64,000 bases of DNA from Candidatus Omnitrophota bacterium (GTDB lineage: Bacteria > Omnitrophota > Gorgyraeia > Gygaellales > Profunditerraquicolaceae): positions 2,631 to 66,630 of the forward strand of contig JALOCB010000006.1 in assembly GCA_023227985.1 (NCBI GenBank), read 5' to 3'. Below, piece by piece: positions 56,531 through 64,000 of the stretch. How positions within the stretch are numbered: position 1 is the first letter of the stretch; each line of letters begins with the position of its first letter. Under the pieces are notes generated by a model. That model made no database searches and had not been told where the DNA came from. It saw only the letters and a list, made by a program, of their open reading frames with translations. The position numbers and the translations under genes were made by a program.

Positions 56531-57593
56531 GAGCGAACTCCTTTACCAGGTTGCTTGCCCTGGTTTCCCTGGAGACTATCGGTGTGATCGTGCGCTCCTC
56601 TATCTTATCGTTGGAGACCGCCTTTACCGGTATGGCCTGCTTGCCGTCGGGCAAGGCGTAACGCATAGTGAACGTCCCGTCCGGCCTCAGCTTTATGGGC
56701 TTGCCCTGGATAGTCACCGCCGCGTCCGGCTCGGTAGCGCCATAGACGATAAGCTCGCAGTCCACGGTCAGCCGGAACTTCCTGTCCTTCGATTTCTTCA
56801 TCACCGGGCTTCCGGAAGAAGTCATCCCCGGAGAAGATAATATCCCGGAAAAAAGCGCGCGTTTGAACCTTTCCTGCCAGGCCTTGCCTATAGGAGAGCT
56901 GTGGCCCAGGCCGAAACCCATGCCGTAAAGCCTGCCGAACATCTCCTCGGGTATCATCCATTCCTCATCGGTAATCCAGGACGGGCCGTCTAACGGGGTA
57001 GACACTGTATTTGAACGCAGGATGGTAATGAAGTCGCCGTTGGCCAGCTTCAAGCCGTAATCGACGCACCAGGACCTTCCGGGCCCGCCGGTATCGATAT
57101 ACCAGCTGGTGGACTCGTGATGCACCTCGATATCGAAGAATTTGTGGCTGTTCTTTCCGTTAAAATTTATCTGGCTGACATCGTAGACCCGCAGGACTTT
57201 TTTAGCGCTGTTAAAAAGGTCCTTCAGCCGCTCGCGCAGGCTGCTCCAGGTATTCGCGGCCACTTCCCAGTAGCAGTGCAGCCACCAGGGGTCGCGCACC
57301 TGCAAAGCCATCATATCCTTATTGTATTGCCCGGGCAGCTCCGCCGGTAACGAGCGCCTAAATTTCTTGACCTGAGGATGGGAGAATTTGCTCTTTTCCA
57401 CAGCCATCTCCTGCACGCCTAAAAGCTCCTTGCGCATCTCTAACGGGAATGCCTGCACCGATGCCACCACCGGCGGCTTTGCCTTTTTTTTGCGCGAGAC
57501 CGTCTTTTTGGTTTTGGCCGAAACGGAAACTTTCTTTTTCAGCACCGCTTTCTTTATCTTGTCTTTGATCCTGCGAAGCACTGCCATACCCAC
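56523..57593 (-). CDS. DUF4912-like protein with a basic N-terminal tail; recurrent neighbour of GH57 genes
   Basis: Lys-rich N-terminus followed by a conserved W-rich domain (DPWWLHCYWEV). Its stop overlaps the GH57 gene start by 8 nt. Confidence 0.55.
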   Translation of the reverse strand: MGMAVLRRIKDKIKKAVLKKKVSVSAKTKKTVSRKKKAKPPVVASVQAFPLEMRKELLGVQEMAVEKSKFSHPQVKKFRRSLPAELPGQYNKDMMALQVRDPWWLHCYWEVAANTWSSLRERLKDLFNSAKKVLRVYDVSQINFNGKNSHKFFDIEVHHESTSWYIDTGGPGRSWCVDYGLKLANGDFITILRSNTVSTPLDGPSWITDEEWMIPEEMFGRLYGMGFGLGHSSPIGKAWQERFKRALFSGILSSPGMTSSGSPVMKKSKDRKFRLTVDCELIVYGATEPDAAVTIQGKPIKLRPDGTFTMRYALPDGKQAIPVKAVSNDKIEERTITPIVSRETRASNLVKEFARE

Positions 57594-57659
57594 CTCCTTT
57601 TAAAAGAAAGGAAACCCCTCTCTTTCAATCAAACAGTCACAAGTTGTCGAACGCTGACG

Positions 57660-58037
57660 CTACTTTTTCGGTTGCCGCCCTGCCTTAACGGCGGTTGCGT
57701 CCTTCAATTGTTCTTCCAGCGAATCTTTGAGCCCGGTAAGCTTTTCTATCCCGGCCCTGAGATCCTGGTTGATCTTACGCTCCTGTTCCAGCGACTTCTG
57801 GACGGAATCAAAACCGGTCTTTGCCGATTTAAGGGCATCTTCGGCTTTTTTAAGTTTATTCTCCAAAGCGCTGTTTTCCTTTTGAAGGCTGTATGCCTTT
57901 TCCTGGGCATCGAACCGGATGAACATTTCCTTATCCCGCGCTATCTTAGTCCGCCGGGATTTTGAGTAAGAATGGACCATGCCGGCCAGGAATAATACGT
58001 TTACTGCGATCAAAACGAAAACGATCCGGTTTTTCAT
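57660..58037 (-). CDS. Membrane-anchored coiled-coil protein
   Basis: N-terminal TM helix followed by an E/K/Q-rich coiled coil. No enzyme motifs. Confidence 0.5.
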   Translation of the reverse strand: MKNRIVFVLIAVNVLFLAGMVHSYSKSRRTKIARDKEMFIRFDAQEKAYSLQKENSALENKLKKAEDALKSAKTGFDSVQKSLEQERKINQDLRAGIEKLTGLKDSLEEQLKDATAVKAGRQPKK

Positions 58038-58081
58038 ATCTTCTCCCGCATCCCCTCTTGGACTGCGTTTATTTATTATCC

Positions 58082-59371
<1,290 letters not shown>

Positions 59372-59377
59372 TTATTT

Positions 59378-60619
59378 TTATGCCTGCATCGTGAATATCC
59401 TACGGGCGATATCCGGATATTTGGCTATGAACTTCAATTCATCGTCTACCAGAGGCCTCTGGTTATGGACATTGGCGTACCGCGCCAGCTCCAGTATATC
59501 AGCGGCTTCTTTGTTATCCTTAAAAACAAGCTCCAGCTTGTCGTAAACGTTCCTGAAACCCTTGATCCCGGAATATTCCCCTACGGTTATCTTGCGCCCG
59601 GTCTCGATTATCTCCGGATCGCCGCGGCCCAGCTCTTCATATTCATAAAGCTCGTAGTTACGCCTGTCTTTGAGCGCCCCGTCCGCGTGTATCCCGGATT
59701 CATGGGCAAAGGCATTGGAGCCCACGCCGGGCTGATTTATGGGTATGGGTATACCAAAGGCGTATGACGCGTATTTACAGATCTTCCAGGCCACCTTAAG
59801 GTTGATCTTCTCATCGAGCATATACTTGTCGCGCATCTGGCTGCCATATTTGATCGCCAGTATCACCGCCACCAGATCGGCGTTGCCGGCGCGCTCGCCC
59901 ATTCCGTTCACGCAGGTATTTATATACGCGTCCTGGCCGGCGTCATTAGCCGCCATAGCCCCGCAAACTGAATTAGCCACGACCATACCCAGGTCATTAT
60001 GACAATGCACCTCGATAGGCAGGCAAACCTCTTCAGCCAGCTTCTTGATCCGTTCATAGATGCTGAACGGCGAATCAAACCCCAGGGTATCGCAGTATCT
60101 TACCCTGTCGGCTCCGGCTTTCTTGGCGGCTTTTGAAAATTCCACCAGGTATTCGATCCGGGTGCGCGAGGCGTCCTCGGCATTGACCCCGATGGATTCA
60201 GCCCCAAGCTTCCTTGCCGTGGCCACCGCGTCTTCCATCTCCTTGATCACCGACGAGTGGTCTAATTTGCCTTTGAACTTGTGCACGATCATCTGGTCGG
60301 AAGTCGATATCGAAAGGTTCAAATGCCTGAGCCCGGGGACCAGTTTGAACGCCTGCTTGACATCTTCCGAAGTAGCCCTCAGCCATCCGCTCAGGCGGAT
60401 ATTGGAAAAAACCTTACGCCGGGCCAGCTCCAGGTTGGCGTTAAGATAATTCGTCTCGTGGCGGGTAAGGGGGAACCCGAACTCCGACTGGAAGAAACCC
60501 ATTTCATCAAGATATAAATTGAGCATGGTCTTCTGCAGTTTGGAAAGGCAGATCCGGGAAGTCTGCACGCCGTCACGATTAGTTACATCGATCAAATAGA
60601 TCTTGGGTTTAGCGGTCAT
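59378..60619 (-). CDS. HMGL-like acyltransferase of the homocitrate / 2-isopropylmalate / citramalate synthase family (short form without a C-terminal regulatory domain)
   Basis: DVTNRDGVQ near the N-terminus, plus VHCHNDLG and HESGIH motifs of the DRE-TIM metallolyase family. 413 aa. Confidence 0.75.
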   Translation of the reverse strand: MTAKPKIYLIDVTNRDGVQTSRICLSKLQKTMLNLYLDEMGFFQSEFGFPLTRHETNYLNANLELARRKVFSNIRLSGWLRATSEDVKQAFKLVPGLRHLNLSISTSDQMIVHKFKGKLDHSSVIKEMEDAVATARKLGAESIGVNAEDASRTRIEYLVEFSKAAKKAGADRVRYCDTLGFDSPFSIYERIKKLAEEVCLPIEVHCHNDLGMVVANSVCGAMAANDAGQDAYINTCVNGMGERAGNADLVAVILAIKYGSQMRDKYMLDEKINLKVAWKICKYASYAFGIPIPINQPGVGSNAFAHESGIHADGALKDRRNYELYEYEELGRGDPEIIETGRKITVGEYSGIKGFRNVYDKLELVFKDNKEAADILELARYANVHNQRPLVDDELKFIAKYPDIARRIFTMQA

Positions 60620-60631
60620 TTCAACACCTCT

Positions 60632-62377
60632 TTATTTAGCCGTTATTATTTTGCGCAACTCCTCTTTCGAGGGGACATTCACCGAGCTGAATACCTCCTG
60701 GTTATCCAGAAGGTACGCCGGACCATGCATTATCTTCAGCTCTTTAGTGAGCGCGGTATTCTCCAGAAGCAGCGCCCTTCCTTCTTCGCCCCGGGCGCAT
60801 TTTTTTACCGCCGCGCTGTCCAGGATGCCCAGGCAGTCATCCCACCAGGAGCTTTCTATATCCTTCTGGCGGCAGGATAAATAATCCCAGGCGTAACCGG
60901 GATAATATTTCTGCACGCAGACCGTCCTTAAGCACTCCTCTATCTCAGACTGGCCCTGGGGGGCGGTCAATTTACCATCCTTGGATTCGCCGGCCAGCAA
61001 ATGTATCCGCGGATTGAACTCCTTGATATTTTCCAGCAATTTCCCGGTGTTCGGGTCATATAAACTTATAAAGACATCCAGATTGTCAGCCGCCTTTTCG
61101 CGGTTCAGGAAATACCCCACCCCGGCAGCCTGGGGCTTTATCATATAATAGCCGCCGTTCTCCTCAAGGTTAACTTTAAGTTTATCGAAATCCTTCTCTT
61201 TTTCGGCCGACCTGTCCAGCAAATAAGCCGGCAAGGTCTCCAGCTTCAGGCCGCGGATCAGCTCAGCCGCCTTTTCGCCGGGATAATATTCATAGGACAC
61301 CTCCAGCCCGGGCATTTGGTTTTTAAGCATCTTGATCACCCGCTGCGTATCGCAGGTCCGGCAAACAGCCGGGGTAACGATCAAAAGCCCGACCTTGTTC
61401 GGTTCGATAAACTGGCAGGAGGCATTGATCGCGCCGGGGTCCCGGCATATACCAAGCATCCCCGCTTTGCGGCAATTATCGTCTTTAAAACACCGCGGCA
61501 GAATATCCTGGATTTGCTTATCATCAGCCACCTTATCCGAAAGCCGCAGTTCATCCACCCGGGAATCCGTTATCTTTTCGCCTTGCAGGACCAACGTGGC
61601 TTTTACCAGTTTTCTCCCCTGCCAGACCGGCCTTAATAACAAAGTAGAATCGACCATGGTCGCGGGCTCTTTTTGTTGGCGGTTAGCGCCCACGACAAGG
61701 ATATCGATCATTCCGGGAAGCTCTTTAAGCAACGCCTTATCTTCTTTTTCGCCCAAATTGCTTAAAACGACGATAATATCAGTTTTTTTCTGTTTTAATT
61801 CCAGGACGGTCCGCTTAAGCGCGTCCAGCGCCGGGTCGATCTTAAGCCCTCCGGCTTTCGCCGCGCTGAAAGGAGAAATCAAACCGGTTATCCCGATCTG
61901 CCTTTTCCCGACCCTCTTTAATACATACGGCGCCACTTTTTCCGACACCAGGTTGCAGGAAACCAACGGTATCTTTACCCGGTCAAGCTCTTCTTCCATA
62001 ACCTGCCTGCCGAAGCTGAACTCGCTGTCCCCGATGCCGACAGCGTCGTAACCGATAATATCCATAGCCTTCAGATTTATCCCGTTGCGCCTGCGGTCCA
62101 ACTCGGGATTCTGGGCATATTCATCCAGGATCCCCCCGGCAAAAAAATTCCCGCTGTCCAAAACCAGGATATTCGGGTCTTTAGACCTTAGCTCCTTGAT
62201 CAAACCCGCCCTGCGGCTTACTCCGCCGTCAGGCTCTTTAGGGCAGCTACAGGTATAGATCATAGAATGGGTCTGTCCGGTCAAAAGCAGGGTTATTTCT
62301 TCGGCCAAGGCGTTGCCGCGGCCGAAGATCGCGATCAATGCTCCGCACAACGGTAACACAAGCCAGGACTTTTTCAT
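60632..62377 (-). CDS. Secreted 5'-nucleotidase/metallophosphatase-like protein with a degenerate metal site, fused to two thioredoxin/DsbA-like modules
   Basis: Signal peptide. The N-terminal half matches the 5'-NT domain layout but the usual metal ligands are substituted (TGQTHS, DSGN, GDSEFS). The C-terminal half has CRTC (CxxC) and the paired cis-Pro-like loops LPAYLLD and GPAYLLD. Confidence 0.5.
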   Translation of the reverse strand: MKKSWLVLPLCGALIAIFGRGNALAEEITLLLTGQTHSMIYTCSCPKEPDGGVSRRAGLIKELRSKDPNILVLDSGNFFAGGILDEYAQNPELDRRRNGINLKAMDIIGYDAVGIGDSEFSFGRQVMEEELDRVKIPLVSCNLVSEKVAPYVLKRVGKRQIGITGLISPFSAAKAGGLKIDPALDALKRTVLELKQKKTDIIVVLSNLGEKEDKALLKELPGMIDILVVGANRQQKEPATMVDSTLLLRPVWQGRKLVKATLVLQGEKITDSRVDELRLSDKVADDKQIQDILPRCFKDDNCRKAGMLGICRDPGAINASCQFIEPNKVGLLIVTPAVCRTCDTQRVIKMLKNQMPGLEVSYEYYPGEKAAELIRGLKLETLPAYLLDRSAEKEKDFDKLKVNLEENGGYYMIKPQAAGVGYFLNREKAADNLDVFISLYDPNTGKLLENIKEFNPRIHLLAGESKDGKLTAPQGQSEIEECLRTVCVQKYYPGYAWDYLSCRQKDIESSWWDDCLGILDSAAVKKCARGEEGRALLLENTALTKELKIMHGPAYLLDNQEVFSSVNVPSKEELRKIITAK

Positions 62378-62400
62378 ATGACCGACCTCTTTTAAAACGC

Positions 62401-63987
62401 TTATAATTTTACCAATTTTACCGCCAGGATATTCTCCATAGCCTTGATCTTTTCCAGCAGTTCCGCCGATATCGGGCTATCCACGTTGAAGATGCTCACC
62501 GCTTCCCCGCCCGGAGTGTTCCTGCCGAAGATCATTGCCGCGATATTTATGTTATGCTTGCCCAGCAACATACCCACGTTCCCGATGATCCCGGGCCTGT
62601 CCATATTCTTCATCACGATCATATAACCGGACGGCGTGGCTTCAACGTAAAAATCATCTATCTTCACGATCCGCGGCTCCCGTTTGGGGGAAAGCGTGGC
62701 CGCTACAACGCGCGACTCCTCATCGGTCTTGACCACCAGCGAGACCAGGTTCACAAAACCCTGGTCAACGGAGGTCTTTGTCTGCCTTACCTGGATCCCC
62801 CGGCTGCGGGCCAAAGGTATGGCGTTTATGAAATTGACCGTTTCTTTCAACACCGGGCTGAGCATCCCCTTCATTATCGCCATAGATAAAGAAGCGGTGT
62901 CGTATTTGGTTATCTCCCCGCTGTACTGGATCTCTACTTCGCTGATCCGGCCCTTGATGATCTGGCTGGAAAAATTACCGAGCTTTTCCGCCATCAGGAT
63001 ATACGGCTGAAGGACTTTGTAAAGCTCCGCGTCTATATTGGGATAATTGGCCGCGTTGCGGATGCCTTTTCCCAGAAGAAAATCGCTGACGCATTCGGCG
63101 ATCTCTATGGCCACGTTCACCTGGGCCTCTTCCGTGGAAGCGCCCAAATGGCAGGAAACGATAACATTATCCAGCTTAAGCAATTCGGAATCAGCGGCCG
63201 GAGGTTCGGACTCAAAAACATCCAGGGCTGCGCCGGCTATCTTGCCTTCTTTGATCGCCTTGACCAGCGCCTGTTCATCGATGATCCCGCCGCGGGCGCA
63301 GTTCAACACCCTGGCCCCTTTTTTCATCATCCCGAACTGCTTATCCGAAATAAGATGCCTGGTATCCTCGGTCAAAGGCACATGCACGGTGATAAAATCC
63401 GATGCGGCCATAAGCTGGTCCAGGTCGACCACCTCTATCCCCAAATCCTCAGCCACCTCGCGGGAAAGATAAGGATCGTAAGCTTTTATCTTCATACCGA
63501 AGGATTGGGCCCTGCGGCTGACTTCCCGGCCGATCCTGCCCAAACCTACGATGCCCAGGGTCTTCTTGTAAAGCTCAATGCCCATGAATTTAGAGCGCTT
63601 CCATTCGCCTTTTTTAGTCGAGGCGTTGGACTGGGGTATGCTGCGGGCCAAAGCCAGAAGCATGCTCATCGTATGCTCGCAGGTGGATATCGTGTTGCCT
63701 GCCGGGGCGTTCATAACCACTATGCCCCTTTCAGTGGCTGCGGGCAGATCCACGTTATCCAGCCCTACTCCGGCCCTGCCGATCACCTTTAACTTAGCGG
63801 CAGCCTGGATTATTTCTTTATTCGCCTTGGTGGCACTGCGCACAATAAGGGCGTCGTAATCTTTGATAACTTCTTTTAACTCTTCGGGTTTCATTCCAGT
63901 TTTAACATCCACCTGGAAATCCTTGATGCCCTTTAAAATAGATAAACCTTCTTCCGACAACGAATCGCTTACTAAGATTTTAAACAT
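62401..63987 (-). CDS. serA: D-3-phosphoglycerate dehydrogenase with C-terminal ASB and ACT domains
   Basis: The NAD site is GIVGLGRIG. The catalytic R/E/H region is present. The C-terminal ACT domain has IAAMIFGRNTPGGEAV. Confidence 0.92.
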   Translation of the reverse strand: MFKILVSDSLSEEGLSILKGIKDFQVDVKTGMKPEELKEVIKDYDALIVRSATKANKEIIQAAAKLKVIGRAGVGLDNVDLPAATERGIVVMNAPAGNTISTCEHTMSMLLALARSIPQSNASTKKGEWKRSKFMGIELYKKTLGIVGLGRIGREVSRRAQSFGMKIKAYDPYLSREVAEDLGIEVVDLDQLMAASDFITVHVPLTEDTRHLISDKQFGMMKKGARVLNCARGGIIDEQALVKAIKEGKIAGAALDVFESEPPAADSELLKLDNVIVSCHLGASTEEAQVNVAIEIAECVSDFLLGKGIRNAANYPNIDAELYKVLQPYILMAEKLGNFSSQIIKGRISEVEIQYSGEITKYDTASLSMAIMKGMLSPVLKETVNFINAIPLARSRGIQVRQTKTSVDQGFVNLVSLVVKTDEESRVVAATLSPKREPRIVKIDDFYVEATPSGYMIVMKNMDRPGIIGNVGMLLGKHNINIAAMIFGRNTPGGEAVSIFNVDSPISAELLEKIKAMENILAVKLVKL

Positions 63988-64000
63988 GTCAAATTCTCCT

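Overview
The window is bacterial chromosomal DNA of moderate GC (about 50% by eye). Coding is almost entirely on the minus strand and genes are tightly packed. No rRNA, tRNA, CRISPR array, transposase or integrase was found.

Housekeeping genes, in window order (all minus strand): rpmE (partial, runs off the left edge), rho, coaE, glgA, polA, rplS, trmD, tgt, queA, ruvB, scpA, trpS, infB, nusA, rimP, proS, ispG, rseP, dxr, cdsA, uppS, purA, serA. Minus-strand transcription runs right to left across the window.

Anaerobic C1 metabolism genes are present (acsB, metF, folD, fchA) but the CODH/corrinoid partner genes are not in the window. Glycogen genes are scattered: glgA, glgP, and a GH57-type branching enzyme paired with a DUF4912-like gene. 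An uncultivated anaerobic lineage is plausible; Omnitrophota-like is a low-confidence guess.

Features worth a second look:
1. An 8.2-kb gene (6590..14779) encoding a 2,729-aa protein with a signal peptide and membrane-spanning segments. It fuses phosphoglucose-isomerase-like and phosphoglucomutase-like domains to HEAT-type repeats, and carries a recurrent RDGG motif.
2. A roughly 10-kb, ten-gene phosphorelay cluster (26731..36769). It holds six single REC proteins, two REC-REC proteins, a sensorless histidine kinase, a REC-HK hybrid, and a large hybrid sensor kinase with a periplasmic CxxCH (heme c) motif. It also holds a GspE/PilB-type secretion ATPase fused to a C-terminal receiver domain.
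3. A duplicated structured 5' leader of about 90 nt upstream of both rpmE and glgA. It has compensatory base changes in a 9-bp stem and identical spacing to the SD/ATG.
4. A 15-bp palindrome, CAAGACCCGGTCTTG, present four times in short intra-operon gaps.
5. A perfect 15-bp inverted-repeat pair bracketing an AT-rich segment just 3' of the giant gene.

All protein calls rest on motif-level recognition of the supplied translations. No database search was possible.
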